A model generated the notes under the pieces. It was not told the DNA's origin, ran no database searches, and saw nothing but the letters and a program-made list of their open reading frames with translations. Positions 45,216-56,020 of a stretch of DNA of 64,000 nucleotides are shown here, piece by piece. Position numbers and translations under genes: made by a program. How positions within the stretch are numbered: position 1 is the stretch's first letter; every line of letters begins with the position of its first letter. Origin of the DNA: Thecamonas trahens ATCC 50062 (taxonomy: Eukaryota > Protista > Apusomonadida); assembly GCF_000142905.1 (NCBI RefSeq), contig NW_013657676.1, positions 62,001-126,000 of the forward strand, read 5' to 3'.

Positions 45216-48200
45216 TTACGAGGCGTAGCCCTGTGCGACGAGCGCTTTGAGCTTGCGGACCACTTCCTCGATGGGCGGACGGGCAGAGGCCTTGAGGGCG
45301 AGGCAGTCGGCAACAAGCTCGCAGCAGGCGCGCTGGATGTCGGACCAGGCGGTGGCGATGCCCGCGTCCGAGGCGAGGGTGAGCAGCGCCGTGTGCGGTG
45401 GCGACGAGGTGTGCGCTCCGCCGGGCTCGGATGCGTCAAGCCCGGTGTAGGGTGCAAGGCCAAAGACAACGAGCATGAGGATGGCGCCGAGCGAGAAGAC
45501 GTCGGCTGACGGGGTGAGCGCGTCAAAGAGCGCAACTTCTGGTGCGAGGTAGAGATGCAGCGAGCCGCAGACCGCGTCGGGCTGCGAGCCGAGGTAGAAC
45601 GGCGAGACTCTGCCGAGCTCGCCGACCTTGCACGACCGCGACCGCGGGTCGTAGAGCACGTTCCATGGAACAAGTGCACCGTGTGTCACATTCTGTGCGT
45701 GGAGATAGTACAGGCCCGACGCGATGTTCTTGACCAGCAACAGCTTGGCAAGCAGCGGGCAGCTCGAGCCAAAGTCCGGCTCGGCGACCAGACTTGCGAG
45801 TGTCGAGCTCATGTACTCGACCATGTAGCCCGTGGCAACAGTGCCTGCAACAAGCCGGGTGCACGAGCCGCGGAAGAGAATGCAGTTTGGGTGCCGCATC
45901 GAGGCCATGGCCTCGACCCGTGCCAGCGTCTCCGCTGACGCGCTCTGCCCGAGAAAGCGAACCACAACCTCAGTCCCGTCCTGGCACTCGCACACAAACT
46001 CGCTCTCGCCGTGTGCAGCGAGCACGTTGAGCTCCTCAAAGGCGACAACGTCCGACGCGCCGCCAGACGGCGAGCCGCGGCCGTGCGACGCTCGCATCGG
46101 GGACCGCGACGAGCTTCGCCTGCTCCCCGCATGTGGCGGGCTTCCCGAGCTGCGGGCCACGTCCGCCACTGGCGCAGCGGCTGTCGACGACACCCGCCGC
46201 GCGCTGGCGTTGGTAGCGTCACCGCACTCGGCAGCGTCGCCCCCTCCGAGCACAAACGGGTGGTCGAGCAGGTCGGTCGCCGACGCGCGCGCTGCGGGAT
46301 CGAGCGCAAAGCATGCGTCTAGGAAGAGCGAGGCTGGATGAGAGAGGCTTTCGGGCCGGCTGGGGCCCGAGAGCGTGGTGCCGATCGAGAAAATGGCGGC
46401 CTGCTTGTTGAGGTGCGACCACGGCATGCGCCCGGTCAGCATCTCCAGCAGCGTGCATCCGAGCGACCAGACGTCCGACTCGGGCGTAGCCGTCTCGGTG
46501 CGGATGGCCTCGGGCGCCATAAAATGCGGCGTGCCAACAAAGGCGGAAGTGTGGTCGGCGCCCGAGAGCAGCGAGGCACCGCCAAAGTCGGCAAGCTTGA
46601 CCACAGTCCGGTGGCCGTCGACCTTGAGCAGCACATTGTCGGGCTTGAGATCGCCGTGGATCACGCTGTGCCGGTGGAGGTATGCCACGCCAGCAACCAT
46701 CTGGCCGAGGTAGTGTGCGGCGTCTGGCTCAGAGAGGCCAGACTTGAGATCAGCAAGCATCCGCGAGAGCGAGCCGCCGGCCACGTACTCAAGAAAGACA
46801 TGGACAACGGTGACTGCCGCGTCGGCCTGCGCTCGCGTTGCCGAGCCGTAGAACCGCACAATGTTGGGGTGGTCCAACGTCGCCAGAATGGCATTGATCC
46901 GGTGGGTCACGTCGGCGAGGCCAGAAGTGTCGCCCTCAGCGAGCTGGTACTCCTTGACCGCCACCGGCATCGAGACCGGTGCCTCCATGTGCGCGAGGTA
47001 GACCCGGGCCTGGCCGCCAACGCCGAGCACCGATCGGACTCGCCAGGACAGGTCGTCCGAGCTCGCCAGTGCTTCGCGGATGAGCGTCACGGCGTCACGG
47101 CCCGAGTCGGACGCAGGGAGGCTGCCCGAGGACAGCAGCGCCGGCTCCATCGTCGCCTTGATGGTGGAGAGCGTAAAGGTACTCGAGTCGAGCGCAGCGC
47201 TCGACTCGCCGCCGCCACCACCGCCGATCGGCCCGGTCATCGTCACTGATGCTGTCGCATCGTCGTCCGACTCGGGCTCTGGGTCATGAGGCCCAGCCGC
47301 AGCAGTTGTGGGGCCAAAGGCGATTCGCCGCTGGCCGAGCGGCGATGCCACCGACGCCATCGATAGCGAGACGGTAGGCGTGAGGTTGCCGGCCGAGCCG
47401 TCGTCGTCCGAGGCGACGGTGAGGAACCGGATGACCTTGGACCACGGGCCGTCGCCGCCCGAGTTGCGGGCATGGATGCGAAACCAGTAGTACGACGAGG
47501 GCTTGAGGCCCTGGGCCACAAACTCGCGCAGTGGACCGCCGTACAGCTTGCGCCACTTTTCGGCGGCGGTGCCAGGCTGCCCGTCCGAGATGGCGAGGAC
47601 AAAGCCGCGAAGGGTGGTCGGCGACAGCGGCGGATCCCATTTGAGAAAGAGCGACGACGGCGAAGATGCCACCAGGTACGGCGGGTCCATCTTGCGCGGG
47701 ACTTCGGCGTGCGAGGTGACCAGAAAGATGACCGAGCCGGCGCGGACGAGGTCGTCGTGGCGGAGGAGCTTGGACGACCCGGGCTCGAGCCGGCGCCACG
47801 GCAGGGCGTCGAGCTGCGCATCGATCCGGCCAAGCGCCAACTTGCGGCAGTAGTATGTCGTCGAGAGCACGTCGACCATGTACGTGCCCGGCTCGGCAGC
47901 ATCGGGTGGGGTGACGAACCGCAGGTTGAGGTGGTGGCGTGAGAGATGTGGGTCGTCGGTCTCGACAAGAACCGGGACCGCGCCCGGTGCATGCAGTGAG
48001 GGCTTGCCTGGCGCGCGCCCTAGTGCGTAGGTCTGTGGGAACTCGCGGACGTAGTGGGCGCCGGCGAGCGGTCCGCGTAGCATCTGGATGACAGTGTCGA
48101 CAGGCCGCGACTCGGGTAGGGTCGCCGCGCGTCCGCCAGTCGACGACGCTGTGGCGTCAAGGTCAAGCGCCTCAGTGGCACCAAGCCCCAAACCGGCCGG

Positions 48201-48638
48201 CAGAATCACATCCTCCACCACAAACACGGTGTCTGCCGCCTTGAACGAAGAGAGCGGCTTGAGCGCCATGACGCACTGCGCGCCGGCGTCCTCGTAGCGA
48301 TCGCCGAGGAAGCGGTAGTCTTTGAGCTCCTCAGCCAGCGCAGGCTCGGCGTACCACGTCCCGTTAGTCGAGCCGCAATCCGCCACAAAGAATGAGCGGA
48401 CTCGGTCCTCATACCAGATCTTAAAGTGGACGCCCGAGACAGTAGTGTTGGATGGCGGGACCGGGAGCCTCACGCAATCGACCCGGCCCTGGCCACTTGC
48501 TTCCATCGCGGCCACCCGTTTTCTTAACGCTTTGCCCGATGCGCCAAACAGAGTCGTCATTCCGCCCGACACGCAAAACGTCTCCCTTCCGCCGCCCTCG
48601 CCGCCAAACCTGGCCGAGAACCGGAGCCGTGCTTCCAT
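45216..48638 (-). CDS. FHA-FHA-FN3-MAP3K(STE11-like) kinase-pseudokinase
   Basis: VSGVH...DCGSTNGT and LGR...LSRHH (two FHA domains); LKW...GLKPSSYYWFRIHARN (FN3); VAVK, HGDLKPDN, DFG and MAPE (kinase); a second, degenerate kinase fold with HGAL and ELG. Confidence 0.85.
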   Translation of the reverse strand: MEARLRFSARFGGEGGGRETFCVSGGMTTLFGASGKALRKRVAAMEASGQGRVDCVRLPVPPSNTTVSGVHFKIWYEDRVRSFFVADCGSTNGTWYAEPALAEELKDYRFLGDRYEDAGAQCVMALKPLSSFKAADTVFVVEDVILPAGLGLGATEALDLDATASSTGGRAATLPESRPVDTVIQMLRGPLAGAHYVREFPQTYALGRAPGKPSLHAPGAVPVLVETDDPHLSRHHLNLRFVTPPDAAEPGTYMVDVLSTTYYCRKLALGRIDAQLDALPWRRLEPGSSKLLRHDDLVRAGSVIFLVTSHAEVPRKMDPPYLVASSPSSLFLKWDPPLSPTTLRGFVLAISDGQPGTAAEKWRKLYGGPLREFVAQGLKPSSYYWFRIHARNSGGDGPWSKVIRFLTVASDDDGSAGNLTPTVSLSMASVASPLGQRRIAFGPTTAAAGPHDPEPESDDDATASVTMTGPIGGGGGGESSAALDSSTFTLSTIKATMEPALLSSGSLPASDSGRDAVTLIREALASSDDLSWRVRSVLGVGGQARVYLAHMEAPVSMPVAVKEYQLAEGDTSGLADVTHRINAILATLDHPNIVRFYGSATRAQADAAVTVVHVFLEYVAGGSLSRMLADLKSGLSEPDAAHYLGQMVAGVAYLHRHSVIHGDLKPDNVLLKVDGHRTVVKLADFGGASLLSGADHTSAFVGTPHFMAPEAIRTETATPESDVWSLGCTLLEMLTGRMPWSHLNKQAAIFSIGTTLSGPSRPESLSHPASLFLDACFALDPAARASATDLLDHPFVLGGGDAAECGDATNASARRVSSTAAAPVADVARSSGSPPHAGSRRSSSRSPMRASHGRGSPSGGASDVVAFEELNVLAAHGESEFVCECQDGTEVVVRFLGQSASAETLARVEAMASMRHPNCILFRGSCTRLVAGTVATGYMVEYMSSTLASLVAEPDFGSSCPLLAKLLLVKNIASGLYYLHAQNVTHGALVPWNVLYDPRSRSCKVGELGRVSPFYLGSQPDAVCGSLHLYLAPEVALFDALTPSADVFSLGAILMLVVFGLAPYTGLDASEPGGAHTSSPPHTALLTLASDAGIATAWSDIQRACCELVADCLALKASARPPIEEVVRKLKALVAQGYAS

Positions 48639-49366
48639 GCGCCGTCTTGCCCCTCTGCTCCGCAGCCTCGTCCTGTGACTTGTGTCCTGTTCTGATATCC
48701 CCCTGTGTGGTGAGGGTGGTGTGGTAGAGGTGAGGCGTGGAGTGTTGTTGGTGAGTGGGGAGAGATAAGTGGTTATGTGGGGTTGCCTGGGTGGGGGGGG
48801 GGGGGGGGGGGAGGGGGAGGGGGAGGGGAGGTGGAGTGTGGCGGCGGGTGACCATTACCTGTTGTCGATTTTATTGTTGGGGGCAGAGGGACGGGGGGAT
48901 GGCTGCCATGGTTGAAGGCGCATGCTGCGTTTCTCGTGGCCATGAGATAGCAATACCAGTAGGTATGACATGCCTGTTGGTAATGCGATTGGCTTGCTTT
49001 CCTTCCTCATCAGCAAATCGGGCTCGATGTCATCCACGTCATCCGCGCGCCTTTCAACGATAAACTCTCCATCAATTAGTCATAGGCTCCTGCCGATGCC
49101 TACTCGTCCACACCCAAGCAAAATACACCACCTCCACGCCCATCACCACATTTCTGTCTCTATCCCTCACCCATCGCTCGATCAAGCCATTACCACTCCT
49201 TATTCCCTCTCTTCCCCCTCCCTCCCCTCCCCCCAAACTGCCCAACCGCCTCTCCCCAACCTCCAACCGCCTCCGCTCCTGCCACGGCCACCCCCCACAC
49301 ACACGCAGCGACACAGCCACATACGACACACCCGACTCCCTCCAGCTGACTGTAGAGGCGAGGACG

Positions 49367-52300
49367 ATGCTTCGCAGCAAGAAGCACCGAACAGGGGGCT
49401 CTACTGGTGGGGGGTCTGACGGAAGGTCTGGTGGTGGCTTAGGCGGTACCGGTGGCGGGAGTGCTGGTGGTCAAGCCACCGAGCGCTCGTCCAAGGAGCT
49501 GGAGAAGGAGCGCAAGATGACCGAGCGCCTGGCAGAGCTGGTTGCCACATACGGCGAGGATGTCCCAGTCTTGAGTGATGTACGCTGGTGAGCTGAGGGG
49601 GTGGGTGAGGGGAATGGGCGCCCCAAGGGGGGGGGGGGGGGGGGGAGGGAGGGAGGGAGGGACGGAGGACGACACTCACAGTTCGAGGCGGTTGGCGGTG
49701 TGCGGCTTGGTGTGGCGGATGCGGAGGGGGGAATACAGGACGCATGGCGGTACTTTGTGTATCTTGCAGACTCAACACAGGCTCCGCATTCGGATGGACG
49801 GCCGGCGAGCTCGGGCGCTGTACAGCCGCTGAGCAAGGCTCTCTCGGGACTGGCGGACTTTATCCGCTCGGGGCGGAGGGCCAAGTTTACTGTGATTACT
49901 CTCGATGACATCATGGCGTACGCCAAGGACAACGCCAAGCATCCTCTCTGTGCCCACGTTCGTGCTTATGCTGATGGCATTGACGAGATGCCCGAGGAGC
50001 TCCTGGCTCTGGTACTTGCCCGTAAGCTTGCGGACGATCGCGAGCTCGGGCTGGAAAAGAAGGAGGCCGCGCGCCGCGAGGCCGAGCGCGAACGGCAGCT
50101 GCAGATCGAGCGCGAGCGCGAAGAGCGTGAGGCGCTACAGGCTGCGCTCCGTGCAAGCGCAGGCGGGGGTGGTGGCGGGACCGGGACCGGTGGCCCGGGT
50201 GGGAAGTCGGCGCGCGGCTCGCGCGGGAGACAGGCGTCAAACCCGACGACGGCCCGCGGCGCGCAGTCGACTCGCGACGGTGGCAAGCGGCCGCCGCGCG
50301 GTCGCGGCCCGTCGGATCCGCATCACGACGACGACGGCGGCAGTGGGCCGCGCGGGCCAGGTAGTAGCACCGCCAAGGGTCGCCGCAGTGGCCGCGGTCG
50401 CCGCGGCGGCGCCCCGCAGACCGTTGTGCCCGAGATGGACGCGCTTGGCGATGAGCCCGATGACGGCCCGGACTGCTATCTCTGGCTCAAGGACTTTCCG
50501 CTCACTGTCACCTTTGTCGAGCTCTGTGCCAAGTATACGATCCCGCTCAACGCTGTGGCACATCTAGAGCCGGCCATGTCCGACGCCGTGCGCGCGTCGT
50601 CGGTCACCGTCGGAAGCGCTGGTGGGGGGCTCGGAACGAGCTCGATGCACAGCGGCGGGGCAGCGTCTCCGCGAGTCGGCCAGACGCCGACTCCGCCCGG
50701 CACCTCGGCAAGGTCCGAGTCGCGAGCATCGGCGTCGGGTCGGCCTACGTCGCGGCAGGCCCGGTCGCGGTCGTCGAAGCGAAGCGCAGCAGCATCACCG
50801 GGTGCCTCACCTGGTCCCTCGTCGTCTGCGGCTGTATCCGCTGCTGCTCTCCGTCGCAAGCGCCGGAAGGAGGCCAAGCTCTCGGCCTCGCACCAGCCGA
50901 CGACCGCTGTCACCGCAGTTGCCGCGTCGGATCTCGCACCATCGGGCAGCTCGATTGCGTCGATCAAGTCTGACTCGACCGCTACCGACACGCCCGCCTT
51001 CGACCCGTTGGCCCTCGCCCGGCCTTCGGCGCAAGCCGCCGAGCTTGTTGTCCCGGCCGGCTGCTCGGTGGCGCTCGCCAGGTTCCGTGCCGCCATCGAC
51101 GCCTCGCCGCCCGACTCGCTCCTCCGGTCCATCGTCATGTTCACCGTCTCCGCTGCCAACCGCAAGCCGCCGCTCATGGTTTACGACGAGCTGGCTGGGC
51201 GGCTCTTTGACGTCGTGGCCAAAGCCAAGATCCACTCGGCCTGGCGCGCCACTATGGACGTCGAGCCGATGCCAGCAGCGGACGGCCTCGGTGCAGTTCC
51301 GCTCGACGCGCTGCTCCCGAGTGCCACCAACCCTGCTCCACTCGCCACCTCGCGTTACCTGGAGCGACTTGCCGAGCTCCCGTCGTCTGTTGCTGTCACG
51401 CCGGCGCTTGTACTCGACGCCATGCTCGAGCAAGTCGCGTTTACTGCCAAAGGCCCGGCCGCGGTCGCCGCAGCCGTGGCCCAGGACTTTGCGTCGGCGC
51501 TAGACACAGCGCTGTCAGATCCGCTCGCGGAGCTTGTCGGCTTGGATGCAGAGTCGCCCGAGCAGGAGCATGCTCCCGAGCCCGAGGCAGCTGCGGACCT
51601 CTGCCCAGCAGTCTTGCCCTGGCACGACACACTCCAACACACGTACTGGGCACAGCCGCAAGTGCTCCAGATCGAGCGGTCGATTGCATTGCGGCTTCGG
51701 TCGGCGGCAGCAGACGCCAGTGCCGCTCTAGTGGCCAACGCTGCAGCAGACACAAGTGACTCTGAAGTTCGCCAGCTCGAGACGCGGGTCCTCTCCAACC
51801 ACTTTCTCTCGTTCCCGATTCCAGTTATGGAGCGGACCCTGGTGCTGTCGGCCTTTGAGAAGCTGCTTGGCGGCGCGGTGCCCGACGTCGAGTGGGACTT
51901 GCAGAGCCGCACCTTTTACGAGGACTTTGATTCCTTCTCGCTCCACACCCATCTCGCCGCGCTCCAGGCGCTCGACTATGACGTGGTGACAAGCTACTAC
52001 CCGCGGGACCACGCCATGCTGCTGGCGCTTGTTCCCTCAATGGACAGTCGGCGGATGTCGAGTAGTGTGTTTGAGCCCGAGGTGCGGACGCCGCTCTCGC
52101 TCTCAGCCTTTGTGGCGGCTGCCGACGCCGGTGCGCAGTTTTTCGACTGCGACGCCCTGGTCGAGTCGTTTACCTTTGAGCCGCCCATCGATCCCAAGGC
52201 GCCGCTCTCAATGGCACAGCGGCTGGAGCTGGCCAAAAAGTCGGCGTCATCGGCAATGGCCCAGCGCGGCGGACAGCAGCTGGCTCGGCTCGGTGGCGCA

Positions 52301-55300
52301 TCGCAGCAGGCTGCGAGCAAGACGCCGGTTGTCCAGACCAAGGCATATGAGCTCAACGACTCGCTGTTGCGGGCGTCGCTGGTAGAGACGCTGGTGTATC
52401 CCGCCGAGACCGAGACGTCGATCAAGGTCTGCGTCCGCCACTCGGCTCGGCCGCCGTCGACCCGCACCGCAAGCGATGTGCAAATTGCGGTCCGGCATGG
52501 CACGGCTTCCTCGTTCGCCATGCATCTTGCCCATCCGCCGACCGACGCGGGGCGGCACGACCCGAACCCGCCCAAGACACAGCGCAGCTCGCCACGCCAC
52601 ACATCGGCTGCCAACAACAACTCGATGGCTTCTGCCGAGCTCAGCACCACCGCGCCCGATGCTGCAGCTGTGGTTGCCGCCGCCGACACGCCGCTGGTGC
52701 CGTCGGCTACGGCGCCGCCGCCGCGGCCGGTCTTCACCTGGACGAGCGCCGATGGATCTGCGGCCCGGATTGCGGCAACTGCAGGCCCGGGCGTGGTGTG
52801 TGACATTACCACCGCAAGCGGCGTCACCGCCCGGGCTGCCACGGCCCGGCGTGAGGTTCAGCTTGCTGCGTATGCAGCTCCGCATGCGAGCGGCGCGCTC
52901 ACTGCCACAGGACCGAGCAGCAGCCGCGTGGCCGAGGCGGGGCGGACTGTCGCGTTTGACGGGACCGCCTCGATCTACCGCGTTGACGGCAGCGTTACAG
53001 TCCTTGCACCCAATGGCGGCATGTCGCAGTACGATCCAGTGAGTGATTCATGGACGTATCTGGCTGCCAATGGGTCGCGGTTTGCGGCCAAGGCGCCGGG
53101 CTCGGGCCACGGCCCGCCGCTCCCTGGCTCGCTGGCGAGCGCGACACGGATTGAGGCCGCGAGCGGTGCCCATGTGACCACCCGCGAAGACGGCCTGACT
53201 CTCTCGCTGGACGTGGGGCGGACATCGCGGGTTGTCACCTTTCCGGACGGAACAGTCCTCACTGCCGACGCTGCCGAGCTTGGTAGCGCGACGACGCTCG
53301 AGGTCGCCGCTCCGCGCGGAAGCTACGGCGGTGCGGTGGTCTCGCTGGATGTTGCGGCCGGGGTGGCGACTGTGGTGCTGGACGCTGGCGCGGCCGAGCT
53401 CCAGGTTGGAGCCACGAAGCTGCGAGTGGCCAAGGACGGCGCGTGGGTCCGGGCCGAGCTCGACGTTGGGCGGCTCGCGTTTGGCGGCGCCGGCACGCCC
53501 GAGTTTATGGGCACTGGACAGGCAAGCGTGTCTGGCGTGTACGCGTTTGACCTCTCATCGGGTTCGCTGCATGCTATCGACCGCCTCCGCAACGAGTTTC
53601 ACGTTGACGGCCACTCGGGTGTGGTGACAACGACGCCTGCGGGAGCGCGGGAGTTGATGAGCGCTGTGGTGTCAGACGACTCTTCAGACGACGAGAGCGG
53701 CGCAGCGACGCCAGTGACGGCCCCGGGCGCTGACGCGAGCGTGACGCTCCTCTCGCGCGCCATCGTATCGGAAGACCATCCGCCGCGACTGTTTGTGGTG
53801 CGGACGGACGGCTCCGGCTACGAGCTTATGGACGAGAGCATGGCCCTCCACTTTCTCCACAGTGTCGAATCCTCGCTTGAGGCCGGCGCCGGTGCGTCCA
53901 GTGGTTTTGCCGGCTCGCTCTCGGTGGAGCCACTGGCCGGCGACGTGCAGTCGACGGTCTTCTCGCTCTTGACCAAGGTTGCACCTGTTGGTGCCGCACC
54001 GCACAAGCTGCGCCAGCTGCGGCGGCACGCCCAGCTCTCGCACGAGCAGCGCAAGGTTCTGATGGGCGAGCTCCAGGCGTTTGACGAGTGGCAAGCCGGC
54101 CGTCAGTCTGCACTGGCCGAGTTGGCGCTCGCCGACGACCGCAAGTCCGCCGACGTTGCGCTGCAGACCGAGGTCTCGCGGCGAGTTCTTGCTGCCCGAG
54201 TTGAGGCCAAGAAGAAGCAGGCTGAGGAGGCGCAGTTGCAGCCGGCATCGGAGCCTGTTCAGCAGAATGTCGAGGCTTCCGCAAGTGCCGCCGCGCCGTC
54301 GGCAACTCACAGCGATGCTGCAGTTGATTGCCGCAACCCGCTGGGAGCTACGGTTGATCGCCACGCGCCGCCAGCAGCATACTTTGAGACTGCGCAAGGT
54401 CAGGCGTTTCTTGCAGCGCAAGCCGCGACGCTGGAGCGGGAACAGGTGGTGCATGGCATTCCGCAGGAGACGCGGTCGATTTCGCGGGCTTCGCCGTCGC
54501 GGTCGGGCTACCGTGGGCTGGATCACCTGAGCATGACGCCGCTGCAGGGCCCTGCAGTGGTGGTGCCGTCGACGCTCCGCGCGCACGTCTCGATCTCGGA
54601 CTCGGACGACTCGGACGACGACGCGCCGCCGGTGGAAGGCACTGTTGTGGAGCTGGAGACGGCAACGGCAGAGGAGGCGGCGGCGGATGAGGCGCGGGCG
54701 CGCGAGCGGGCGGCGGATGGGACGGGCATGCGGTCGCTCGGCGTCCTTCCACCCATCAGCACGCCGAAGCGAAGCGGGAGGCAGAGGCGGCGGCGCGGAT
54801 CCGAAGCGTCGACGGCAAGCTCGGTCTCGACCAAGACCTCGCCGCTCTCGGTGTCTGTGGATGGGCAGAGCCGGCGGCCCGGTGGCGAGCGGGCGCTCCC
54901 GCGGGTGCTCCGCGGCAGCCGCGGCGACACAGTCAACACCGAGTACCTCGAGCGCGAGCTGCCTGTGAGGCGGTTCGTCAAGACCTCGTCGGTGATGCAG
55001 GCGTCGGCCAAGGGCACCCACCATGCGCGGCAGCTGTTTGGCTTTGAAGTCTTCCCCACCGAGCTCGACATGGGCGTGCTCGCTGTGTCGGCCGTTTACC
55101 GGCTCGCCTTTACGCTCCGCAACGTCGGCGTCGAGTCGGCGCGCTTCCGGGTGAGCCAGCCCAAGACGCCCGGCATGCGGGTCCGGTTCTCGACCGGCCC
55201 GGTTGCGCCGGGCATGGCGGTCTCGCTCGAGCTCGAGTTTGCGCTCCCCGCCGAGACCTCGCTGCTCGGTGAGGTGCTCGACGAGGTGGTCATCACCACA

Positions 55301-55549
55301 GAAGCCGACGTCTTCCATCTCGCAGTCTCGGCGCGGGTGGTGACACTGGATGAGGCGCGTGCGCTGTACCATGCCCAGGGCGGCAAACCGATTGCTGCCC
55401 CGGGCGTCAAGCGGGTCCCTGTCCGTCGCACTTCTGGCCATTCGGCCCCATCCACCCCCTCGTCAGCCCCGCGCTCGTTGCGATCGCGCGGCAGCCGTCG
55501 CCAGTGGGTTCTCCCAGCCACCCCGCCGGCCCCTGCAGTCACCGAATGA
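49367..55549 (+). CDS. SPAG17: Flagellar central-pair protein SPAG17/PF6; intron 49580-49738 (an in-frame acceptor at 49681 is also possible)
   Basis: DEPDDGPD, YYPRDHAMLL and HPPRLFVVRTDGSGYELM, plus a C-terminal PapD/ASH-like domain LRNVGVESARFRV...GPVAPGM. Confidence 0.8.
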
Positions 55550-56020
55550 TACTATTCTTGAATGAACCCTCCCCAATGTGAGTGCCTCTCTCTCTCTCTC
55601 TCCCTCTCTGGTCCGCCTCCTTCCAGCGATACGTGTGATTGTCAGCAAAAACCTACATGTCCAATCACCGGGTCTTTACCAGCCGCAGCCGCAGTAAGCC
55701 CATTTGCCACTCACATTCAGCACTTGACGCACCTCAACCCCCGACCCCCCCCCCCCCCCCCCCCTTCCCACCTTCCCACCCACACCTGGCACACCAACCC
55801 ACCCACCGCACAGGTACACAACGTTGTGAGCAGGGAAACCATCCCCTCATCACCCATACCCCTGTGACCAAGGACGTACCCCTGGCAATCCCCCCCCCTC
55901 CCGGTCACCGCCACACACACCACACACACCCGGACTCGAGAAGACGCCAAGTGCGGAAACGGGCAGAGAGGAAGATAGACATCAACAAGAAGTCCTATAT
56001 TCATTGTGGTGCTGAGTATT

